Positions 12,594 to 24,887 of a DNA stretch of 64,000 nucleotides are shown here, piece by piece (the first letter of the stretch is position 1; the number at the start of each line of letters is the position of its first letter). The notes beneath the pieces were generated by a model. The model was not told the DNA's origin and did not search any database. It saw only the letters and a list, made by a program, of their open reading frames with translations. This DNA is from Tubiluchus corallicola. Lineage: Eukaryota; Animalia; Priapulida. The position numbers and the translations under genes are program-made. The stretch spans positions 186,001-250,000 of the forward strand of contig JAQGDQ010000076.1 in the NCBI GenBank assembly GCA_030141605.1, read 5' to 3'.

Positions 12594-13981
12594 GTATTTT
12601 GTGATGAAATTATGTGAAGAATGGTGAATGGTAACTGCTTTTAGTGTATCTTTTCAAGGCACCCGGGTAGTAAAAGTGGATTTGTGATAAGTTTAATTTT
12701 TTTACCAACCGATAAAATTTTTGAGCATAGTTTGACTGGCTTATACTTCTGATTTCACCTACATTTGAACAGTTATACTTCTGATTTCACCTACTTGTAA
12801 CAAAAATTTACAAGTCATAATCAATTTGTCATGTTTTTTTTGCTTTCCTGTTTATAGGCATGAGCAAAGTGCACAAACGTGTATTTTGTGTAAGGTTAAA
12901 AGAGTTTACAGAGTGTCTATTAATTTGATTTGTTCTTTTTTTATATCTGCATCAAATGGCTTAAAACTGATTCCTAGCTCCCTAACAGCAAAATAGTAAC
13001 AGTGATTTTTTTTCCAAAACTGCTTTTGCTCAACATCTTGCCAGCAGTTTTTACAGTCTTTTTCAACTTTTGTTCATTTTTCCACCATCTTTTATGAAAT
13101 CTTTTATTGGACAGGTTTCTTCATTATGTGTTATAGTGTCAACAAATGCAGGGCACAATGTAAACAATCAATATTACTATCAATACATATTTCCGATCCG
13201 ATATGACACAGATATTTAACTTTGAATACCAATTCGAAATGATTTGATATTGCAAAAAATTTGGTAGTACTTTTGTGTTTATGCATGTAGCACTTAATTC
13301 TCATTTAAAAACAATTGAGTTTAAAGTTTCATTAACCTGAAATGAAGAACATAATTTACCTAATCCTGATTTCCAACTATTTAGCATAAAATTTATGTTC
13401 CAAAATCCAAACTGAGTTTAGTGAGAAATTTTGCCAACAACGCTAATGAAATTCAACATTAGATTGATAACTTAACATTAGCGTAACATTATTACAGGAG
13501 AAACGAAAAGGTAACATTTGTGCTTTAACAAAATTAAAGCAGTCTGGTGAGAAACTAGTGTGAATCATTAAAAAGATGTGACTTGTTAATTCACTGAGAG
13601 CTGAATTAGGTCAGCCAGAATCAGTATCAGGTCTAGTGGTGAGAGGTTAAGTTAATAAAATCAAACCCTCTTAGCCTAATAAGAGAATCAGAGATTAATC
13701 ATATCATCGAAAATTTAAGCTATCAAATTATATGATAATCGCACTTATCGCTTTACAAAGTCCCAAGCAGCTATGCGTGTGTAGAATGCAGCCTGTATCT
13801 ATTCTACAGTGTGACTCATCAGCATGTAAGTGTTCAACAATGAGAGCGCTGCAAGATGCTGTCATTTGAAGGGTAATGTAGTAAAATTTTATGACATGTG
13901 GCTGTACCATGTGGCTGGCTGAGTTACTGGTCAAATAGTGCATGCATGCCAGCCCGCAAAGTAGCCCAGCAGATTGCATTG

Positions 13982-14628
13982 CCGTATTTATTCGTGTATA
14001 ACGCGCAAACTTTTCTACCTAAAAAAGAACTCAAAGTTTGGGTTCGCGTTATAAACGAGGGCTGGGGTGACACACTTGGATGTATCAATATATTATTTGT
14101 GCAATGACTCATTAGTCGAAGATATCGCTGACCACAGTCGCAAAACATTGAATGCAGCCACATCACTCGACCCACAAAACGCCTATGGTCTATTTTTAGT
14201 AACAGTATCCAAAGCACTTGTGTGGCCTATCTAAAATAAATAATTCTCAATGGCTCATGCACAACACTCACTGCAGAGGTGAGGCGTAGTTAAGGAAATA
14301 ATCAATAATATTCAATAATCAAATGCCTCATCAGCTGACTTTGTCAGACGGTGCCTCGCCCACACTGCAAGTGAGTTAAGCATTGCATGTTTTGCACAAT
14401 TACCAATATCCAGATTATTGAAGGATTTTAAATAAATGTTGTAAATTTTATTTCGGTATTGTGTTCATAGTTTACTTTACGTTGTCAATAAATGATTTTT
14501 ATCATGGCCGCACGTATAATGCTTGGTCTGAGCCGAGAAAAAGTGAAACAAAATTTTATACCGATTTTTAATCGAAAATTAGGGGTGCGAGTTATACACG
14601 TGTGCGCATTATAGTCGAATAAATACGG
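13982..14628. mobile_element. pogo/Tigger-like (Tc1/mariner) MITE in NAPA intron 5
   Basis: Inverted termini ccgtatttattcg..tataa.gcgca / tgcgcattatagtcgaataaatacgg. TA follows on the right (TG on the left). Repeated subterminal gcg.ttata.acg motif. Confidence 0.8.
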
Positions 14629-14935
14629 TAGTTATTTTTTATTTATACCAGAATTAATTAAATCATTACTGCTTTTCAAAAAACTGAAACAATCGTATGC
14701 AAATTGCCCTTTTTGGAGGTTTGAACGCTCAAGCAGATAAAATTGGCTAATGCTTTGGTAAATATCTGCAGTTCGATTCGATATTCTGTATTGGAAAATA
14801 TCAGACTTTTGCTAAATATCAGGATATTCCAATATGCAATATTGGGTATCTGAGAATGCTGTTTACCATATTATGCATGACTATATAATGTAGTGTATTA
14901 GTTACATACTGTAAACTATAAATGTATTTGTTCAG

Positions 14936-15040
14936 GTTGCCTCTGAAGCTGCCGACAGCCGCCTTTTAAAGTATGGAGCAAAAGAGCATTATTTTAAAGC
15001 TGCAGTTTGTCATATGTGTGTGGACATGTTAAACGGCCAG
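14936..15040 (+). CDS. NAPA: alpha-SNAP coding exon 6 (VASEAADSRLLKYGAKEHYFKAAVCHMCVDMLNGQ)
   Basis: ttcag| acceptor and CAG|GTTTGT donor, 105 nt. LLKY.AK..FKAA.CH motif. Confidence 0.96.
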
Positions 15041-15885
15041 GTTTGTATGTGGGAGGGGTTTTGAAACGTTTGTTTTTTTCTGGCAAAAAAGATGCACTTT
15101 AACTGTTTTTTATTTTTAAGTCAAAAGAGCTTGTAGGCCAATGACTGGCACGGACTGCAGAAATATACATTACCTCTCAATGTATTGTTTCCAACGCTGA
15201 TAATCTTGCAAGCATTAATGGGACCTTCTGGTAACTGTTCTGTCACGTGCCAGCAAAACCAGCAAGCCTCAAATAAATTTGTTTAATTAAAATACGTATT
15301 GTACTACTGCTGCACTAAACGTGTAAATTCAATAGCTGTTGACTGGGTGGGTTTCTTATGCAGGTCCAAGGGTTAGCAATAGACTTAGTTCTTTGCCATA
15401 GATTCAGCTCCGAGAGTAAATTTATTCGTAAATGTAATAGCAATGAGATTGTTCGAAGTGTTTATTGTAAGTTCATGAGCACTGTGCTCAGTAAAATAAT
15501 AAATGAAACTGTAAAATCTAGACAATTTGATACTGGCTAAAAATGCCCAAAGGGTGTTTTGTTGATCATCCGTTTATGGTTTATTTTCCTCAACTAGTGT
15601 TTAAAGCTGAATACTAAAATGATATGTTTGTCGTATAAGGGGCCATAAATGTGGTGGAGCTGCTTACATAGAGGCCCTGTCGAACAGTAATATGAAGTGA
15701 TATAGTTTCTGAAACAAAACTTAAATAAGCATTTGTGGAGTTTCAGTTTCTTCAGATTCAAAACACTATAATTTGTGAACAACAATTTCATCAAAACAAA
15801 TTGCCAAGAAACTTTAGTTGAGAAAATTTATATTTATTAAAACTCACGTAATAATCTGTAATAAATGTTATTCTATCTATTTCAG

Positions 15886-15954
15886 CATGCTGTGAACAGA
15901 TATGAAGAACTATTTCCGGCATTTATTGATTCAAGGGAGTGCAAGTTTCTAAAA
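15886..15954 (+). CDS. NAPA: alpha-SNAP coding exon 7 (HAVNRYEELFPAFIDSRECKFLK)
   Basis: tttcag| acceptor and AAA|GTAAG donor, 69 nt. YEELFPAF.DSRECK motif. Confidence 0.97.
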
Positions 15955-16875
15955 GTAAGCAGCTTACTTATCAGTACTTGCTTGAACAGCAAATGTCTTC
16001 AAAAGAGCCTTTTGTGCACAATTCAAAGTTTTTCTTATACATTTCAGATGCAGAACTGTTTCAACTGAACATTGCCACAAATATGTTTTGTACTAACTTA
16101 GTTAACAATTGCTGGAACAAGTTAACTAAACAAAGTGATGATCTCTAAGTCATACTCACCTTTGACGACTTTTTTGACAGACCTGTTCGAAGTTATATAA
16201 TACAGTTAATAATGCAGGGAATGTTCACTTAACGTCGGCTTCCAAAAAAGTGATTTTACATGAAATGTCATCGAATGAAGTCATGCTTTCCTTAAGTACA
16301 AAAATAATGTAAATGCATGGTGTTGCTTCCCATCAGTTTCTGAATTACTGTAAGCAGTAGATACATATACTGTTCAATTTTTTTTGTATTTATGCTTGAC
16401 TGCCCTTCCATCTATATAAATCCATGTGAATGCAGCGGATAAACCTTCATAGTTAGTAAGAACCTTTTTCCAGATAGACAGTGATTATTATGATGTGTGT
16501 CCTTGTTTATCATGCATGAGTAATGCCTGTGGCACTCTAATTTTATTCTTATAATTTTCTAGAGCAGCTTAACTGTTTTGTTTTTATACTTATAAATTGG
16601 AGTTGTGAACTACAGTGTATCTCCATCAAAACAATGCTGACTAGATTTGATCTACAGTATTAGGTTTCCAATTCATTATCATCTTCATCATCATATGCAC
16701 ATTATGTTTACTGTAGACATTGGGCAGACAGAATTCTAAAATAAAAGAAAACTGCCCTCAATACAGGTGAGCAAGAAGTAATCAGGGAAAAAACTAGACA
16801 CTGTTATGTCAGTGGCTTGTCAGCACCACTTCTCGCCAAATTTCTAATTTATGCAATAATTATTTTTATTCATAG

Positions 16876-17025
16876 AATTTGATATTAGCACTCGAAGAAG
16901 AAAACGTTGAGTCTTTCACGGAAGTTGTCAAGGAATATGACAAAATTTCACGTCTTGACTCGTGGACTACAACCATGCTGTTGCGAATCAAGAGAACCAT
17001 TTCCGATGAGCCTGACTTGAGATAG
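16876..17025 (+). CDS. NAPA: alpha-SNAP final coding exon ([49 protein letters not shown])
   Basis: ttcatag| acceptor and TAG stop at 17023-17025. [17 protein letters not shown] motif and C-terminal DLR. The exons sum to 888 nt. Confidence 0.97.
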   Translation, partial: NLILALEEENVESFTEVVKEYDKISRLDSWTTTMLLRIKRTISDEPDLR

Positions 17026-18923
17026 AGTACAGCTGGAAAGTGACTGTTTTCATACTGCTACTAGTCATGTTATTAACAAAATTAACAGTTTATTGTGTGT
17101 GTTTTGCTTATACCTTCTTCATATTTTTTGTAGTACCGATTAGGCAGTTATATAACTTCCATCTTTGCTTTGAATAAGCCTCAGCGATGAGAGAAACAAT
17201 GGAATATTTTCAAGATTTGAACTTGGGCCTGTGTGGCAATCTTCTGTTTCAGCTCCCACAGTTACTTTTAGCAAAATCTTTTAGCGAAATCGCTTTTTCA
17301 ATCGCTTCTCAAATGCTTCTTTTTCTTGACTATTAGTGGAACTTGTGCAGTTCCTCATAATGGCCAAACGAAACCAAAAAAAGGTTATTTCCCACCTAAC
17401 GTAATTAACTGTGAATTACTTTTACCTATTAGCACTTTATTAATTATTAAAATTATTGCCAGTTTAAGTGTATGTTACTAACCAATGTATTAATGCCTCT
17501 TGTGATATTATTATGTGAATTTAAAGACAAGTTTTTATGATGTGCGCAATAGAGCTGCACAAAGTGCATCAATCTACCATATTAATTAATTGCAATGATG
17601 TGATATTTTATTTAGGAATAATTTGAACACGCACTTTGAGCATTCTTTTCCAGCTTATTTTTTTTGCCCGAGAATGTGTGCAACAGTCCACTTAGTAGTG
17701 GTTTAGGATAAGTACATCAACTTTGATTGATCAGAGTAAAGTAAAAGCTCAGTTCTTAACTTTCCATCTAGTTTTTGCTGCTAATATTATTTGTGAAATT
17801 CACATTAAATTTTTATAGGATCACTAAATGACTGTATTTGTCATACAATTTTGGTATTAAATAGTTAGCATGATATTTATACTAAAATTTGGAGCCACAT
17901 TATTTTAGAAAAATTCTTTGTAGAATGTTAATGAATTAAATTCTCATTTTTTGGGTAACTGCTTTTTTTAAATGGATAATTGAATTACATGTCTAACTGT
18001 CAACTTGATATGAATATTGTAGCAGCTGTCATTATCAATGAGGGAAAATTTAATACCATACCCTGGCTTTTGTGTTTAAGTTATTTCTGGTTTATGATTA
18101 AAATACAAAGAATAGCTGTGGCTATTTTTCAGAAATCTGCTGTTCAGTAAAATGAGTGTTCTGACTGCGTGATTTGAATTTAAGTATTAATCAGTTTAAT
18201 GGATTTATTTTTTATTGATTGACTGTTTTATTTATTGTGCCAACTGTATATTTGTTGTAATGTTGCAATGAAAAAGAATGCCATATAAACACTGGCCATG
18301 ATTATATTTATGTAAAAGTCATCAATATTGTAAATTTTTCTGATTTCATGCCACAGGTTTATCTGTGCTCAACTGCACAGTGCCTTGTACTTGCTTAAAT
18401 ACGATCAAAATTCTATTTAGCCAACATTTTTATTATTCATATTCAGAAACAGAAAATATTTTCATGTAAACAGTATAGTTATATTGTCAGCCTACTCTTC
18501 AGTCTTACACAAAATTTTAGAGTTTTAGGTTTACACACAAAATCATCTGTTGTTGTGACTTTATAAAAGTGTGTACAACTTGTTCATACAAATATACAAA
18601 TTCATTAATAATATTTAACAATGTTATATTCTATAAGCATTATAATCATAATAACATAAATTATGTTTATTAAAATTACTTTTGAAATAATAAGGTCTAT
18701 AAATCGAACATTAATTTTGGAACTTTAATTGCAATAATTACGAATTTCTCATGCAGACGGCGCGCAAGGATAAAAATTTTGACATTGTTTGCACTTGCGC
18801 AAATCACCGCAAGAGATACAGTTAGGATAGCACAATGACGGTCGCGTGTGATGGTTTGTCAGTGGAATCCACTAGTTATTTATTTTGTTTGCTAGGAAAT
18901 TCTTCCCTAGGGAAATCAGTGTT

Positions 18924-19025
18924 ATGATGCTAAGACGTAAGAGCAAGTACTTATTTTTGATTGCCATAGTTTGGTTAACAGGAATTCTCTATTTTTACCA
19001 CAGGAATGGAAAGTCTACCGGGCAG
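18924..19025 (+). CDS. GALNT2: GalNAc-T2 coding exon 1a: cytoplasmic tail + signal anchor (MMLRRKSKYLFLIAIVWLTGILYFYHRNGKSTGQ)
   Basis: Basic tail followed by a hydrophobic TM segment, typical of a type II Golgi enzyme. CAG|GTATG donor in phase 0, matching the exon at 46713. Confidence 0.85.
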
Positions 19026-19778
19026 GTATGTTCACTTTACCAAAGTACTTATAGTTCGATCATTACAGCAGTTCAGTAGTTTGAGCTGAGTTGAGCTTTA
19101 CTCAGTATTTTTCTTACAACTCCTGTGAACATATTTGTGTTTTCTAAGCTTGATCTACATTCGAGAACTCTGAAATTGAACGATGATATCTGTGCCGACC
19201 ATTTGTTTGTTGTTTATTTTTACTACTGTGTGAAATTTTGATAGGAAAATACTGTGCTAATAATCATAAATGCGGCAAAAAAGCTAATGGATGGGCGTTT
19301 GATTTTTGAACTACTGACTTGATCATTTAAAAAAAACGTTTATTCTGCTAATTTCCTAACATTCAAGTTACCCAAACTCGTGAGCTCGCTCTCGTTTAAT
19401 TTTTATGTAGATCTGCTGCGAAAGATTTGGGGTCTAAGATGTGTATTAAATTCTTTAATTACTTCAGAGATATTTAAAATCCAAACAGCCAAAAACGCAT
19501 ACACGATAATACTACTTAACAATGTTTTATCTTTATAATCATATTGACATAAAAAATGTTGAATAAAATAATTTTTTAAAGAATTGAGGTTTATAAAGAA
19601 AAATTTGAAACTCTAATGACAATAATTAGGAAATTTTTGGACAGACGGCACATGAGGATAAAGAGTTTGACATTGTCTGCAAGAGGTGCAGTAGGATAGC
19701 ACGTGGTGGTTTGTTGGTGGAATCCACTACTTATTTATTTTGTTTGCTAGGAATTCTTTCCTTAGCGCAATCTGTGTT

Positions 19779-19880
19779 ATGATGCTAAGATGTAAGGGCA
19801 AGTACCTATTTTTGATTGCCATAATTTGGTTAATGGGAACCCTCTATTTTTACCACAGGAATGGAAAATCTACTCTCCAG
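19779..19880 (+). CDS. GALNT2: Duplicated GalNAc-T2 exon 1b (MMLRCKGKYLFLIAIIWLMGTLYFYHRNGKSTLQ): alternative first exon or decaying copy
   Basis: Same 102 nt length as exon 1a, no indels or stops, 13 substitutions, intact CAG|GTATG donor. Confidence 0.55.
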
Positions 19881-22800
19881 GTATGTTCACTTTACCAGAG
19901 TACATAGTACTTCATTACAACAGCTCAGTCGTTCGAGCCGAGCTTACTTAAGTTTTACGTATTTATTAAGTGAAGCATTACTCGGTACTTTTCTTACAAC
20001 TTCCATAAACATATTTGTGTTTTCTAAGTTTGACCTGCACTCCAGTCAAAAATTCTGAAATTGAATGGTAAGATCTGGTCTTCTGTTTGTTGTTTATTTT
20101 TACTACTGCATGAAGTTTATGATAAGAAAATACTATACCGGTAGTCACAAATGCTGCATAAAGGCCAATGAGTAAGCCTTTTGAGTTTTTTAACTGCTGA
20201 TTTTGTTCAATTAGTTTCTTCTGCTATTTCCTCAACATTCAAGTTACCCAAACTGTCAGCTCTTATTTTATTTTTATGTAGATTTGCTGTGAAAAATTGG
20301 TGTCTCTAAGATGTGCATAAAATTCTTTAATTACTTCAGAGGTATTTAAAATCCAAAGAGCAAAAGAGCGATCACCTCATTAAAAATGCTTAACTTAATC
20401 TGTCAGTAATGTTGTGGTCGTCAATGTATTATTAAATAAACCTAAATGCAGATTTTTAAAATGGTAACAAACATGAGTTGGTGGCTTTGACAATACGTTT
20501 TTTGCTCTGCATATGTTTAGTTAAGCTAGGCAAATAGCCGGCTTTAGTAATTTGGTAATAAAATGTATAAGCGCAATGTGCAAAGTTGTTACTGTTATGT
20601 AGGCAGACAAAGATGTAATACTATTGAATTTGTGGTACTGTGCTTGTATAGTGTGTACGCGACCCAAACAAGAACAAACAACACTCAAATCATGGGTGTT
20701 TGATTCAATTTAGTTAGTTCATAATTCTTTGCAATGCTGCTATTGTTACATTAATTATAACAGTACAGTTGGTACATATATGGTCATTTAATAACGTTTT
20801 GAAGTACTTCTTTGATACTCATCTGCAGAATTCTAACTAGCCTTTAATCTTTCAGATATACTTAGAGTAGAGTAAATAAAGTTAAGGTACGCTTAAATTT
20901 CCTTTAGGTCTGTTTTAATTGTGTAAATTATTTTTAAAAACTTGCTTGTCCTGCGAACACTGCCACCTGGTTAAGTAAAACACATCAGCGTAATGAAGAT
21001 AAATAAGGCAAACTGTCTAAAGTTCATTGGGCCGATATTTCTTTATTTTGACTGGTAAGAACCGCAATGTTTTAGCAAACAGAATTGAAACACATTCAGT
21101 CCAAAGCATTTAAATAGTATTTGCTTAGTGGAAGGTGCAGTCTGACTTAGAGCCTCAAGTGTCTAAGACTCTTAGTTGAAGGAGCCGTGAATACGTCAAG
21201 GTTGAAAGATTTACTAGCTTTTGTAATATTTTCAGTAACCTTGTGAAATCTTTTGCGATCTAGCCGAGCACCTGTTCGTGATAAAGGGTGGATAATTAGA
21301 TAAATGTTTATTATATAATCTTTGTTTAGTGTTACAATAATTTAAGTCATCTCAGTGGCCAGTAATTAAATAATTCTTAATTCGATTTTCTTGTTAGTCC
21401 GTTCTGGACTAAGCGGTATTAGTAAAATACATCGTTTATCCATTCTAAACTAGTTGTCGTTATTGTCTTAAGACATCAATAGGCAAAATATAATTTGCTA
21501 AACGATTGATTACAGTAGGGTAAGCAATGCCACAGCTAGTCACCAAGCTTTTGATAGGAGATTATTCTTCATCATTGATATTTTAGTTAATAATGTTTCA
21601 TCTGTATTGTCAAAAGATATCTTTACGCAGTGCGTCTGGCATTGCTTACACAACGGCACTAAAATTTTTCTTGAACTAACACAAGCCAATATTCTTTTAA
21701 GGATAATCTTTAGCAATTAACTATATCCGGTCCTACTGCAACTATTAATTACTACTACTTCAACTAGGGCGTTTGAATACTTCTGCTGCTGGATTTTCAG
21801 TAAGAAAACTATAAGATAGATGAGAGTTTCCAGTACGAAAATCTACCAGCATCGCTGTTACCTTAGTTCCGATTGCATTTCAAAAAGGACGCATAGTGTC
21901 CTATGGTGCATACTACATGTAGCTAAAAACCTGTTATTAGCTTAAAGTTGATTACCTAACCTGATTAAATATTCATTACCTTTTTCGTGCCAGGCCATTA
22001 TTAACAGTATATTTGTAAATGCTGTACGTTTCATTTTTCCACACCACCAGTGACAGAACTGGGCCATAACTGATAGTAGCCATCCTCTTGATGTCACATG
22101 GAGGCGGTTCCACATCCATTTGTTGTCCTGCTAAGGTGGATCCATATCTAATCGCTGTCACCTACAGGCGGAACCAGGTCTGAAAGAAACTTTAAAAAGT
22201 GCTAGTGGAGTAAAGAAATACTGAGCACTGTTATGAAGGCTAATAATCTGGTGATGATCTTAAATTTGTGGTTATATCTTAATTACATGGTTAGAAATGT
22301 CATTTTAAGCATTAGTTTAAGTTGATTTATATATAATATTTTAATTAGTTTTAGAATGGACATTCATAATGTCAGATGTGTGTAAACTGGTTCTGGTTGA
22401 GTGGTTTATAAGAAAAAATACCGAACTTTCTCCTGAGGCATTGACCTAATATATATGAACCGTTTGCAAAAATGTTGCCCTGTTAATTCGAACTCCAATA
22501 ACTTTAATAGTTAATAGAAATGCATTTTATAGTAAGTCTATAATCCGAACAATTTAGTTTGTTATTACTTTGTCAAAATGTTGAAAACTAAAAAAATGCA
22601 TATCAAGAAATGGAAAGTTTTAGGGAAAATAATTCTGAATTTAACTGTTTATATCCAACATGTATCCTATATTCGCAAACAGCCTTAATCTTGTGTTTAC
22701 ATGCATCAGGTAGAGTAGTTACGGGGTTGTAATTAAAGTAGTTGCAGTTGACCAGGTCACGGGTCCATCCTTGCTTGATGATTACGCAAACGTTATAAAA

Positions 22801-24625
22801 CCGATAATTTTGTCAAGTAGTTCAGTGTTACACAGGACAGACACTGGAAACAGGAAACTACTTTGATTAAAACGTTACGTGCACAGCTGGTTATTTTATA
22901 AACATTTCACCCAACTATCGTTCTTTGCTTATGTTCACACGTTCCAAGTAGTGTTAAATTATAACGTTAAGCATTGCTGATCGATTTCTTGACGTTATTT
23001 CATACATTTATTTGATACAGCAAGGTTAGATCTACATTTATAAAATTTTATACCCGCGTTTACATTAATACTAATTTTATACCTTTGTATTAAGCAATTA
23101 TTTGAACTCATCTTTGCCCATTCCCTAGCTTGAGACCTAACTGCTAGGAGTAGTAGCTACTAGAACTACATTTTTTATCAAAGTGACACGTTTACAGTTT
23201 TCTTTATGGTCAGTTGGTCATACATACATACAATCAACAAAACTGTGATACGTAAACCCAGCCATTTAGGCTTATTAGCCACTATTTTATAAAAGTAGCT
23301 ATTGCATGAATTGTAAAATTATAGATTTAACTAATAAATGCAGGTACTATAGTTAACTACTAAACAATATTTAAATTGTTTGGAGAAAGTGCAAATGAAA
23401 AGTGTTCATAGTCATTGACTTAAACTGATAGGAAATGTGTAATATTCAAACTCAAGCCTCTAAACTTTTTCATAGGTCACTGTTTACTAAATCGAGCTAA
23501 ATGGCTTTAATTTGCAGCATTAAGCTTTGGCATTGATGATAATAATTATAGTATCAGGTACTGCTATTTGTTTTTTCCTTCGTGGCTGAAGCGGGAGCGG
23601 TCTACAATTCATAACCTTGAGGAATTTACGAGGTTTTATTTATACACCTATAGTTTACTTTTGTACTAGAACCAATATTTTTTCTACGGCATCAGATATT
23701 TTCTGTATGCATGTACGAGGTATGAAGATCGAAATGTTATTCGTTCATTGCATAATTTTAATCACAGGAAACAAAAAGATGTCAAGAAGACATGATAATT
23801 TAAAGTGGAAACATGTAGAGTAGCCGCAGATAGCATTGTTTAATTGCATTTTAAATACAGATAATAAAGATGTGTCACCCCTAAATGGAATTATCTCTGC
23901 AGTTCTAAAAATTTATAGAAGAAATGTTTACTTTGTCTACTGTGTTCAATCAGCAAAAGTCAGCTTTGGCTAAGTTATTAGAGCGCAATGACAGTTAATT
24001 TAGCATCAAAGGGAGTCTACAGCAAGCCGATTGCCCACAATGATTACTCACTGCAACATGTCTGTCTAATTGAGAGCACAACTACCGTCACAATCCGAAA
24101 AACAGATGGACGGAATGGTTGCTATTGCGTTTTTCTTTGGATTTTAACGTCTTCGTGCCGTAAGAAGTCTGACGATTAAGTTTGCTAATTATTTACCAAT
24201 TAACGCGCAAAAATTAATTTCTCAAAATCCTCCTAAAACATTAAGCTCACGCACGGACACGAACAATGCGTTGCTAGCTAAGCAACGCCAAATACTTTAT
24301 AATTTCAATAAATCAGATTTTTTTATACTATTTTACACTCATTTTTATTTAAATAATTGAATATTTTTTTTTAAATTTTAAAAAATTGAAATTCTAACAA
24401 CTGGCGCTTACGTTTGCGAATCTTATAAAAAAATTTAATGTAACAGGATTTAAAAATGCAAAATAACGCGTTTAAGACATTTACAGTTGTTTTTTATTTG
24501 CACTGCGACGGTATATCTTTAACATCACTTCCATTACAAGGACCTGGTTGGTAAAGGGATGGACGAACGCATGAAAAGCTATTCTAGGGCTGTGATTCCG
24601 GTCCTCCCACAACCATTAGGCACAT

Positions 24626-24887
24626 ATTGAACTTTTATATTATATCTGTCACTTTTATATTATACAGGTCGTTTTGTGTAAATTGGTACTATTTGATTTT
24701 AGTTGTTCTTTTATTGATATATTGATTTATTGGTATTTAAAAGTCTTACGAATATAACAGCTATTTTATTTACAAAGTTTTTTTAACCATGCCCTGCAAA
24801 TAGAGGGCCCCTGTATGTATTTTATGTAAATATTTGTATATGCGTTCAATTTTAAATTTTAAATAAAAAATAATAATAATAATAATA
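24626..24887 (+). mobile_element. 5'-truncated non-LTR retroelement 3' end with (TAA)n tail and 11-bp TSD
   Basis: ATTAGGCACAT is duplicated at 24615-24625 and 24888-24898. The insert ends in aataaaaaa(taa)n. Confidence 0.8.

Larger units (their letters stand above)
18600..20370 (+). repeat. Head-to-tail tandem duplication (~0.88 kb unit) of GALNT2 promoter, exon 1 and intron start
   Basis: Colinear matches: cagacgg...gacattgt (18754 vs 19642), gtggaatccact, the exon itself, cattcaagttacccaaact, and aattctttaattacttcagag (~19450 vs ~20320). Boundaries are approximate. Confidence 0.92.
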
